From the NCBI GenBank assembly GCA_963705305.1, contig OY970067.1, positions 5,376,001 to 5,440,000 of the forward strand: DNA of 64,000 nt. Direction: 5' to 3'. The DNA is from an uncultured Methylomirabilota bacterium (GTDB lineage Bacteria; Methylomirabilota; Methylomirabilia; Methylomirabilales; 2-02-FULL-66-22). The notes beneath the pieces are model-generated. The model saw only the letters and a program-made list of their open reading frames with translations. It did no database searches and was not told the origin of the DNA. Made by a program: the position numbers and the translations under genes. Below, piece after piece: positions 56,150-64,000 of this stretch (position 1 is its first letter; each line of letters opens with the position of its first letter).

Positions 56150-57388
56150 CTAGTCGTTGGGAGGGCCGGGCCGGTCGCCCGGATCTCGCGCCAGCGTCCA
56201 GGCCTGGACCCGGGGGATCAAGAGGAGGCCGGGCCAGGCCAGGATGAACGTGAGGGTGAAGTACAGAGCGTAGCCGAGCGCCTCGGTGGCCCATCCCGAG
56301 ACCGCCCCCGCTACGACCCGCGTCAGGCCGAAGATGGCGCTGAGGAGCGCATACTGGGTGGCGGCGTGAGCCTTGTCGCAAATGCTCATCAGGAAGGCCA
56401 GGAAGGGCGCCGTGCCGAGGCCGCCGCAGAACGACTCCACCAGGGAGGCGGCGTACATCAGCGGCACCGACGGCGGCAGCGCCGCGGCGGCGACATAGGC
56501 GAGGTTGGATCCTGCCTGGGCGATCCCCAGCACCCAGAGGGCGCGGAAGATTCCCCAGCGGGCCGTGAGGGTCCCGCCGAGAAGGGCGCCGGCGATCGTG
56601 GCCACCACACCCAGCGTCCCGGGAACGGCCCCGATCTGGAGCGGGGTGAAGTGCCGGTCCACCCAGAACGGCCGGATCATCGGCCCTATGGCCATGTCGC
56701 CGAGCTTGAACAGCAGCACGAAGAGGATGACCGCGGAGAACCCTCGCGACCCGAAGAATTGCTTCAGCGGCCGGCGAACCGCCCGCTCGAATATGCCCTC
56801 CTCGGGCAGGCCGCTCATCGCTCGGCCGGGCCGGGACACCCCCGGCATGCGGGTCGAGCGCAGGCAGAACACGACCATGATAACGCCCGCCAGAGCGAAG
56901 GCCGGCGACCATCCCACCAGGCCGGCCAGGGCCACAAACATTCCCCCGGCGGCAATGAGAGCCACCCGGTAGGCGGTGACGCGCACCCCGTTGGCCGGCC
57001 CCATCTCCCGCTCTTCCAAGAGCTCGATGGTGTAGGCGTCAATGGCGATATCCTGCGTGGCGGACGCCAGCGCCAGGAGGACCAGGACGGCCCAGAGCAG
57101 GAACGTCACCTGCGAGGGATCCAGGAACAGGAGGGCCAGCAGGCCGACGGCCAGCAGCGCCTGGCAGGTGATCACCCAGCTTCGCCGCTGGCCCAAGAGA
57201 TCCACGGCGGGCGCCCAGAGGAATTTCAGGGTCCAGGCCAGCCCGGCCAGGCTCAGCAGCCCGATGTCGGCCAGGCGGACCCCGTGCATCCGGAAGTAGA
57301 CCGGCAGGGCGTCGTTGACGATGCCGAAGGGAAATCCCTCGGCGAAGTAGAGCACGGCGACCCAGGCCAGCTTGGTCGTGGTAGTCAC
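56150..57388 (-). CDS. ampG: AmpG-like muropeptide MFS transporter
   Basis: YFAEGFP, WTLKFLWAPAVD, ATQDIAIDAY, FKLGD, ATQYALLSA. Confidence 0.85.
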   Translation of the reverse strand: MTTTTKLAWVAVLYFAEGFPFGIVNDALPVYFRMHGVRLADIGLLSLAGLAWTLKFLWAPAVDLLGQRRSWVITCQALLAVGLLALLFLDPSQVTFLLWAVLVLLALASATQDIAIDAYTIELLEEREMGPANGVRVTAYRVALIAAGGMFVALAGLVGWSPAFALAGVIMVVFCLRSTRMPGVSRPGRAMSGLPEEGIFERAVRRPLKQFFGSRGFSAVILFVLLFKLGDMAIGPMIRPFWVDRHFTPLQIGAVPGTLGVVATIAGALLGGTLTARWGIFRALWVLGIAQAGSNLAYVAAAALPPSVPLMYAASLVESFCGGLGTAPFLAFLMSICDKAHAATQYALLSAIFGLTRVVAGAVSGWATEALGYALYFTLTFILAWPGLLLIPRVQAWTLARDPGDRPGPPND

Positions 57389-57481
57389 ACCGCCTCGCAG
57401 TCGCGGGTGGGTCCCGCTCGACGGGACACCGGAGAAAGAACCGATCGGCCGCCCGTCCCTTATAGTGCGCGAGGCGGAGCC

Positions 57482-58261
57482 GTGTCAAATGATTCGGCGG
57501 GCGGGCGGCGATGTGCCTCCTCCGGCGCGGCCACCGGGCGCTCCTGCCGGCGGGCGCCCCTGGGGCTCGCGGCCCTCCTGCTGGTGCTGGTTCCCGCGAC
57601 TGCAGGGGCCTTCACGCTGGATGGGTTCGACATCCGGGATCCGGCCATCCGCGAGGTCGTGGAGGCGCCGACCATCGTCCACCCGCTGCAGCCGATCCAC
57701 TACTCCGGCACCCCCGCCATCACCGAATGGCTGTTGGATCGCCCCGTCCTCTCGGCTATCCTGGTCCGGCACCTGTACCCGCCGGTCGAGCGGTACCACA
57801 TCACGGATGCCGGACAGGGCCGATACGCCGTGGACGATCAGGGGGCGCTGCGGGGACAGTTCTGGCTGGTGGCCCACCAGGACAGTCGCCGGGTCTATTT
57901 CTGCCGGGGGACCTTCCGCTCGCTGGCCCGCCTGGTGGCCCTCACGGGTCGCCTGGTTTTCACCCTGGAGTATCACCAGGTCGCACCCGACGGCGGCCCG
58001 GCCATGGAGGCTGTCCCGACGCTCTATGTCCAGCTGGATAACGCTGTGGCCCACGGCGTGATGAAGACGCTGAGTCCCCTCCTCCACGGCATCATCGAGC
58101 GCCGCGTGGAGAACCTGAAGATTGCAACCCAGATTCTCGGCCGGCGCATCACCCTGGACCCGCAGGGATTGTACCGGGAGATGCAGTCGTGGTCCGATCT
58201 CCCGCCCGGCCAGCTCGAGGAGTACCACCGGGCCTTCCTGCGCGGAGGCGGCCGGCCGTGA
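57482..58261 (+). CDS. Hypothetical exported protein
   Basis: Signal-like LAALLLVLVPATAGA followed by a globular region; its stop overlaps the nagZ start (GTGA). Start uncertain. Confidence 0.7.
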   Translation: MSNDSAGGRRCASSGAATGRSCRRAPLGLAALLLVLVPATAGAFTLDGFDIRDPAIREVVEAPTIVHPLQPIHYSGTPAITEWLLDRPVLSAILVRHLYPPVERYHITDAGQGRYAVDDQGALRGQFWLVAHQDSRRVYFCRGTFRSLARLVALTGRLVFTLEYHQVAPDGGPAMEAVPTLYVQLDNAVAHGVMKTLSPLLHGIIERRVENLKIATQILGRRITLDPQGLYREMQSWSDLPPGQLEEYHRAFLRGGGRP

Positions 58262-59361
58262 ACGCCTCCTCCGTGCCTCGAATCTTTGTGTTCGGGTTCG
58301 AGGGCCTCACGCCGCCCGACGAAGTGCGCCGCTGGCTGGAGGCGGGGCTGGGCGGCGTCATCCTCTTCCGCCGGAACCTCCGCGACCTGGAACAGATCTG
58401 CCGGCTTACCGGTGCGCTGCACGCCTCGGCGTCGGCCCCGCTCTTGGTGGGGGTGGATCAGGAAGGGGGACGCGTCGTGAGGCTGCCGGCCCCATTCCTG
58501 CCGCTGCCGGCGGCAGCCACGCTGGGCAGAGTGGAGGATGTCGGCCTGGTCCAGCGGCTGGCGGAGACCGTGGGGCGCGAGTTGCGGGCCGCGGGGATCA
58601 CGTGGAATCTGGCCCCGGTCCTAGACGTCCATACCAACCCATCCAATTCCGTCATCGGTGATCGGGCGTTCAGTGACAATCCGGAGCGCGTGGCCCGGTT
58701 GGGGCTCTCCGTGATCCAGGGGCTGACGGACGCCGGCGTCCTCTCCTCGGCCAAGCACTTCCCGGGGCACGGAGAGACGGCCGCCGACTCGCACCTCACG
58801 CTGCCGGAAAGCCCGCAGACCCGGGCCCGCTGGGAGACGGTGGAGTTCCTGCCCTTCCGCCGCGCCATCCGGGCGGGTGCGCCCTCGATCCTGGTGGCCC
58901 ACCTTCTCTGCCCTGCCCTGGACCCCCGGCAGCCCAGCAGCCTGTCGCGCACGATCCTCACCGACATTCTGCGAGGAGAGTTGGGGTTCGAGGGAGTGGT
59001 GGTGAGCGACGACATGGAGATGGACGCCATCGCCGCCCGATTCGACGTCGGCGAGGCCGCCGTGCGGTTCTTCCAGGCGGGAGGCGATCTGTGCCTGATC
59101 TGCCACCGCCAGGATCGGCAGCAGGCCGCGCTGCGCGCGGTCGAGGACGCCCTCCGCACCGGCCGCCTTTCCCGGGATCAAATCGAGGCGTCACTCCAGC
59201 GCATCGCCCGATTGCACCGCAGGCTTCCGGCCCCTTTGGCCGCCGCCGGCGTGCCGGCCGCCGCCGTCAGCGTGGGAGATGTCTCCCACCGGCGCCTTCT
59301 CGACACGGTTCTCATGGCCGCAGATGCAGGCCCTGGAGGGGGCGGCCCCCTCCACGGCTAA
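58258..59361 (+). CDS. nagZ: Beta-N-acetylhexosaminidase (GH3)
   Basis: GGVILFRRN, DQEGGRV, APVLDV, KHFPGHG...DSH, SDDMEM. Confidence 0.95.
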   Translation: MNASSVPRIFVFGFEGLTPPDEVRRWLEAGLGGVILFRRNLRDLEQICRLTGALHASASAPLLVGVDQEGGRVVRLPAPFLPLPAAATLGRVEDVGLVQRLAETVGRELRAAGITWNLAPVLDVHTNPSNSVIGDRAFSDNPERVARLGLSVIQGLTDAGVLSSAKHFPGHGETAADSHLTLPESPQTRARWETVEFLPFRRAIRAGAPSILVAHLLCPALDPRQPSSLSRTILTDILRGELGFEGVVVSDDMEMDAIAARFDVGEAAVRFFQAGGDLCLICHRQDRQQAALRAVEDALRTGRLSRDQIEASLQRIARLHRRLPAPLAAAGVPAAAVSVGDVSHRRLLDTVLMAADAGPGGGGPLHG

Positions 59362-59535
59362 GCGATCGAGCAGCGACTGGGCTGGTGTCTTTATGTCAGA
59401 GAGGAAGCTTACACAGCGATCCTCGCAGCCGGGAAATCTCCTGGACTTCGAAAGGTTTGAACAGTGCAGTGTCCGATGTGGAAACCCGCTCACGGAGGGC
59501 CGAGCGAGGAGCAAGAGCCTGACTGGTCGCGAGTG

Positions 59536-60042
59536 CTAGGGCAGTTTTATGTAACCATTCAAGTATATGCTGATAACCTTGGAGCCAGTGCTTGTAGCCA
59601 CGGTGAGATTCAGAGGGTAGTTGACGTTGCCGGGATTTGCCAAGGCGCCCTGGTCGTTGAATCTCACCTCGTAGGCAGTTATGCTGGTATTCGATTTCAG
59701 ATTCGTGATGCTGGATCCCGAGTACGCGTTGGACAACACGACCCACTGGCCGAGCGCGGACCAGGTGGTTCCCCCGTTGGTGCTCTGCTCCAGACGGTAT
59801 TGGCCAACCAGGTTCACGGCGGGGTCGCTCCCCCAGTGAAGGCGCACGAGGCCACCGCGGGTCACGGCCATCGACTGGGCATTCCGAAGGTCATTGCCGA
59901 CCTGGCTTTCCGCACCCTCAAGGATCCGATTCGACTTGAAGGCTGTGAAGACAGGTATGCTCGCGGCCACCATGACCACGAAGACGGCAATCACGATCAC
60001 GAGCTCGACGACATTGAAGCCGCGGCCAGAGAATCTTCGCAT
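59536..60042 (-). CDS. GspH/FimT-like minor pilin
   Basis: Prepilin motif GRG|FNVVELVIV and DLRNAQSMAV. Confidence 0.88.
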   Translation of the reverse strand: MRRFSGRGFNVVELVIVIAVFVVMVAASIPVFTAFKSNRILEGAESQVGNDLRNAQSMAVTRGGLVRLHWGSDPAVNLVGQYRLEQSTNGGTTWSALGQWVVLSNAYSGSSITNLKSNTSITAYEVRFNDQGALANPGNVNYPLNLTVATSTGSKVISIYLNGYIKLP

Positions 60043-60791
60043 GCTTTTCTCTCTCGGCAGCAACTGGGCCCGAGACCATTGCTTGCGAGCCCCGTGCCAT
60101 AGTCTGGTTGCTACTACCGGAATCCACTCGCTATTACATATATTTCGAGGGGCCGGCCATCTATGGAACGCGTTGTTATCCCGCGTGTCTGTAGGATGTT
60201 GGGCAAGTCAAAAGGCTTGCCCCATGCCAGCCGGCCGACCCCCAGGAGCAGCAATGTGCCATTTTTTTCCTCGCGGTTACAAAGAATGACACATCCCCTA
60301 GCCTGGAGCACAGCCAAGGAAGTCGCCCGGCGGTAGCTAGACTCTCCCCCCATTTACCTGTCTTTGGACCCGGTTGGCGCGGGAATAGCAGCAGTCTAGC
60401 ACTGGTCCCCGATAGAATTCAAGTCTGCTGGCCGAAAGGAGGATTCTTCGGTATATTCTCTCTTGACGATTACCTGTCGTGATCTAAGGGTCCGTGTCCA
60501 ATCCACAGGGTAGCCTGGCGACCGTGGGTGGGCATATTTCTTGAGAACAAGTGTAGTCGCATTACCTGCCATACTTTCTCTAACCATGTCGTAATGACAT
60601 GGATGAGCTATTCAGAAGAGAACCCGAAGCTGGTAAGCACTTGCCAATTAGATAGAATTTGCTAAGATTTGATTTCGGCCCAACTCTTGCTAGTAGATGC
60701 AGAGTACAGGTGTATGTATTGCCACTGGCTTTTGAGATAGAAACCGGCGGGGCCCTTGAGTTGTCCCGTGCAGACCGGGACGAGATGAGGG

Positions 60792-61370
60792 ATGCTGAAA
60801 TCTCCTGGAAGTCGTCAACTGAAGAAGATTAACCTGCTGCGCCATCCATGTCGGCCTCGTCCCCGAAGCGGCAGCGGATTTACGCTGGTCGAGCTACTTC
60901 TCGGGGCCAGCATCTTGGCCTTCGGCTTGCTCGCGCTGGCCAGCATGTTTTCAGCGGGGTACACCGATGTGAGCAAGGGGTCGCGACTCACCATGACCTC
61001 GGCCGCGGCCCGGCAGATCATCGAGGATACGCACCTCCTGCCGTTCGCCAACGTGGCGAACCTGAACGGCTTTGATACCAACAATGCAGCTTCACTGCCC
61101 GCCAACGATCCCGAGCGGACGGTGGCCCTGCGCTGGCGATATGCCCTGGCAGGTCCGGGAACGGGCTGGACGTTCACCGCGGCGCAGCAGTCGGCCTGGA
61201 CCAGGCTCTCGACCGAATCGGGCGCGTTCGGGGCCAGGGGACAGATCAGCGTCCAGGGCGCAGTCATCGGGGGTGTTGCGAGCACGACCCTGTGGCAGAT
61301 GACGGTTAAGATCACCGTCCCGGGCCAGACGAACACGATCCAGTTGACCACTTTCATCAGCAGTATGTAG
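60792..61370 (+). CDS. PilV-like minor pilin
   Basis: GSG|FTLVELLL...FGLLALASM. Start uncertain. Confidence 0.85.
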   Translation: MLKSPGSRQLKKINLLRHPCRPRPRSGSGFTLVELLLGASILAFGLLALASMFSAGYTDVSKGSRLTMTSAAARQIIEDTHLLPFANVANLNGFDTNNAASLPANDPERTVALRWRYALAGPGTGWTFTAAQQSAWTRLSTESGAFGARGQISVQGAVIGGVASTTLWQMTVKITVPGQTNTIQLTTFISSM

Positions 61371-61372
61371 CC

Positions 61373-62068
61373 ATGAGAAAAATATCGCAGGCCCGCCAGA
61401 ACGGATTCACGCTGGTCGAGATGCTGATCTCCGTGGCAATCTTTCTGGTCATCCTGCTGGGGATCTACGAGGTGTTCGACACCAACCGGACCACCTATTT
61501 CAGCGGACGGATGCGGGCGAACGCCCAGCAGACCACCCGGCTGGCCCTGAACGAGATGGTGCGCCAGCTGCGCATGGCCGGCTACTTTCCAGAGAATTTT
61601 TCCGCCACGCCGCCAAGTCCCCTGCTGACCAACCCGATTCAGATCGCGACCAACAACGCCCTGGCCTTCTATGGAGATCCCATGGGGACGGGCACCAGCA
61701 CCATCACCATGTTTTGCCTGAGCGGGACCAGTCTGCTCATCGTCCAGGGCAACGCCGGCGTCCCCGCCACCTTCAACTGCACCACCGCCAACCCCACCAA
61801 CGGGGATCTCCTGGCCGAGAACATCACCAGGCTGAAGTTCACGTACTACGACGCGAATGGGAACACGATCCCGAATCCCCTCGTTGCCACTTTCCAGCTG
61901 GACGGCCAGTCGCCCGGCGCCCTTCCGTCCCTCGCAATTATGACACAGCGCGGAGCGGTGCACAGCGTCGCCATCTCGCTGGCAACGACGGCCCCGCAGA
62001 CGACACCCGGCCTCGCCACTCAAGTGTACACCCTGACCTCCGCGGTGAGGCTGCGGAACATCAATTGA
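61373..62068 (+). CDS. PilW-like minor pilin
   Basis: QNG|FTLVEMLI, QLRMAGY, LAENI, C-terminal VRLRN. Confidence 0.9.
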   Translation: MRKISQARQNGFTLVEMLISVAIFLVILLGIYEVFDTNRTTYFSGRMRANAQQTTRLALNEMVRQLRMAGYFPENFSATPPSPLLTNPIQIATNNALAFYGDPMGTGTSTITMFCLSGTSLLIVQGNAGVPATFNCTTANPTNGDLLAENITRLKFTYYDANGNTIPNPLVATFQLDGQSPGALPSLAIMTQRGAVHSVAISLATTAPQTTPGLATQVYTLTSAVRLRNIN

Positions 62069-62079
62069 CAGGAGGCACT

Positions 62080-62583
62080 ATGCGGCCAACGGAACCCAAG
62101 ATCGGAATCCAGCGGGAGGCGGCCGGGTCGGTCATCATCATCGCCCTTCTCGTCATCGCTTTGCTGTCGCTGTTGGGCCTGACATTGCTCACGGTGGGCG
62201 GCATGGGGCAGAGCATCGCCTACAATTCCATCTACTCCGAGGGGGCGCTGTTTGCGGCCGACGCAGGGGCCCAGGAAGGCATCAACCAGCTCGGCCCCAG
62301 CCCCACCACATCGATCACGGCGTATTCCTCGGTGGACAATCAATTCGGCTCCACATACCGGTTCTGGAGCGGCTCGCGGAGCAACAGTACTTACATTAGC
62401 CCTCAGCCCTTGCAGTTCGTCTCCACCCGGGTCGAGACGGGCTATTCCATCGCCATCGGCACGGGTTATAACCCCACCGGGTATGCCTTCTACTCCTACC
62501 AGATCGACGCCACCGGGTCGGGCCCGGGCTTTGCGCAGCGCCAAGTCGAAGTACGGGCCGAGTACGGGCCGGTGCCCCAGTGA
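62080..62583 (+). CDS. PilX-like minor pilin
   Basis: AAG|SVIIIALLVI lacking Glu5 (typical of PilX), ALFAADAG, YQIDATG; AGGAGG RBS. Confidence 0.88.
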   Translation: MRPTEPKIGIQREAAGSVIIIALLVIALLSLLGLTLLTVGGMGQSIAYNSIYSEGALFAADAGAQEGINQLGPSPTTSITAYSSVDNQFGSTYRFWSGSRSNSTYISPQPLQFVSTRVETGYSIAIGTGYNPTGYAFYSYQIDATGSGPGFAQRQVEVRAEYGPVPQ

Positions 62584-63275
62584 GGCGGGCCGTGAAAAGA
62601 GCGCTGGTTTTTTTGCTGGTCGGCGCCCTGACGATCCTCGTCGTCCCGGCGCGCGGGCATGCCGCACTGAATGAGGCGATCAAGCACAACAACTTCGGGG
62701 CGGATCTGCTCAAGCAGGGGCGGCTCGACGAGGCGATCGTGGAGCTCCTCCATGCCGTCGAGGTGGACCCGACCTACGCCGCCGCCTACCTGAACCTCGC
62801 CTACGCGTACGATCAGCAGGGCAAGGCGGAGGAGGCCATCGAGGCCTACAAGAAGGGGGTCTCCCTCGACCCCAAGAGTCTCTACGGGTTCAACAACCTG
62901 GGGGTCCTGTACAATCAGCTCGGCCGCTATGACGAGGCCATCACCGCGTTCCAGGAGGCGCTGCAGATCGACCCCTCGAACGAGACGGTCCTGAAGAATC
63001 TGGAGAGCGCCAAGAAGAACAAGGGCCTGACCCAGGACCGGGAGACCCGCATCGCCGAAGCGCGCAAACAAGTCGAGGCCAAGCCCAACGACCCGGAAGC
63101 CGCCTACAACCTGGCCCGGGTCTATGCCTCGTTCGGCGAAAAGGACCAGGCCTTCGAGTGGCTCTCGAAGGCGCGTATTCTCGGGTACAACAATCTGGAG
63201 TTCATCAAGGCGGATCCGGCCCTGGCCACACTGCGCGACGATCCGCGCTTCCAGGCCATATTGACGCGGAAGTAG
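62580..63275 (+). CDS. Exported tetratricopeptide repeat protein
   Basis: Signal peptide, TPRs (AYLNLAYAY, NNLGVLY, AYNLARVY), terminal DPALATLRDDPRF; overlaps the pilX-like stop. Confidence 0.9.
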   Translation: MRRAVKRALVFLLVGALTILVVPARGHAALNEAIKHNNFGADLLKQGRLDEAIVELLHAVEVDPTYAAAYLNLAYAYDQQGKAEEAIEAYKKGVSLDPKSLYGFNNLGVLYNQLGRYDEAITAFQEALQIDPSNETVLKNLESAKKNKGLTQDRETRIAEARKQVEAKPNDPEAAYNLARVYASFGEKDQAFEWLSKARILGYNNLEFIKADPALATLRDDPRFQAILTRK

Positions 63276-63557
63276 TGATCACGTCCCGCCCGCCGCCTGA
63301 CCGGCCCCGGTTTTCACCGGGGGAACCTCCAGCCGGATCCAATCCCCTCTTTGTCGCCCCGGCCAAGCCTCCGCGATCCCCGGAGTTCGACCGGCCTGAC
63401 TCCATGCTCCGGAACAGCCCATCAGGAGGCCTGACGCGGGTCCAGTACCTGGGCGTTTCGCCCATTCCCGCCACGGACGTTCTTGGCGCCCTGCAGCTGA
63501 CAAATCTTCGGAATACGGTGAGGTGTCCGAGAGAGATCGAGACCGGGGAGCGGGGAT

Positions 63558-64000
63558 TCAGCCCCGCGTTGCGCGGAAGGCGTCGGCCGCAGCGACCAGC
63601 GCCCTGAACAACGCCAGGTGCTCGGAGTGGTCTTGGTATATCCGCTCGGGGTGCCACTGCACCGCCACCAGGAAGGGGTGGTCGGCTGCCTCGATCCCCT
63701 CCACAATGCCGTCCTCGATGCTCCAGGCGACTGCGCGGAATCCCGGCGCAAGCTCCTTGACCAGTTGATGGTGGGTGCTGGTGACGCGGGACTCTGGAAC
63801 GCCCATGATAGCGCGAAGCCGCGTCCCCGGCTTGATGTGCACGCCGTGGATCGGCGTGCGCCGCGCTTCGCTCGGGGCGGCGTGATGGGAGAGCGTCCCC
63901 GGCCGGCAGGCGATGTCCTGGTAGAGCGTCCCGCCTCCGGCCACATTGAGGAGCTGGAGGCCGCGGCAGATCCCCAGGGTCGGCACCCGCTGTGCCATGG
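63558..64000 (-). CDS. Gamma-glutamyl-gamma-aminobutyrate hydrolase family (peptidase C26), 5'-truncated by the window
   Basis: LGICRGLQLLNVA, GGTLYQD, HHQ, DGIVEGIE, VQWHPE. Confidence 0.92.
   Translation of the reverse strand, partial: MAQRVPTLGICRGLQLLNVAGGGTLYQDIACRPGTLSHHAAPSEARRTPIHGVHIKPGTRLRAIMGVPESRVTSTHHQLVKELAPGFRAVAWSIEDGIVEGIEAADHPFLVAVQWHPERIYQDHSEHLALFRALVAAADAFRATRG

Noticed and set aside
60114..60587. Short ORFs in the pilin intergenic region
   Set aside because: Non-ATG starts, no clear RBS or recognisable motifs.
63276..63557. Possible ncRNA between the TPR gene and the C26 hydrolase
   Set aside because: Only short hairpins (e.g. CCCCGG-TTTTCA-CCGGGG), compatible with a terminator between convergent genes; no family motif recognised.
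1..64000. Many long alternative-frame and antisense ORFs (e.g. 7669-9390, 16682-18901, 41909-44044, 49826-51967, the 5' part of 55757-58261)
   Set aside because: They overlap well-supported genes, are Arg/Pro/Gly-rich with no motifs, and are expected shadows in high-GC DNA.
1..64000. CRISPR array, rRNA or tRNA genes
   Set aside because: No regularly spaced identical repeats with unique spacers and no recognisable rRNA or tRNA sequence seen by eye; a covariance scan was not possible.

Overview
GC-rich bacterial chromosomal segment. Gene content and repeat style are compatible with a Methylomirabilota/Rokubacteria- or delta-proteobacterial-like organism; this is inference only. Most of it is housekeeping or metabolic: a hybrid kinase, an ABC exporter pair, rlmI-like, ald, split nadE plus glutaminase, two type I-beta DAHP synthases, priA, UDG, coaBC, thiD/thiL/thiE/thiM, slt, mtnA, kdgK, ClC, dapF-like, an aminotransferase, ampG/nagZ and a minor type IV pilin cluster. 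The notable signals are non-coding or accessory. (1) An HUH/Y1 (RAYT-like) transposase gene is bracketed by perfect 28-bp terminal inverted repeats (33821-34943). (2) A probable ribosome-mediated attenuator has a YYFWFSF leader peptide that could read Tyr, Phe and Trp together upstream of a DAHP synthase (40469-40620). (3) A decaying integron cassette array has three attC sites, an attI-like site and a possible remnant of the intI 3' end (21436-23333). (4) Two copies of a MITE-like element sit on TAG stop codons. (5) An intact molybdoenzyme large subunit is flanked by vestiges of its 2Fe-2S and FAD subunit genes. (6) There is a small C4HC3 (PHD/RINGv-like) zinc-finger ORF. (7) A DapF homolog has Ser at both catalytic Cys positions. 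No rRNA, tRNA or CRISPR array was recognised. All calls come from reading motifs by eye; no database searches were run.
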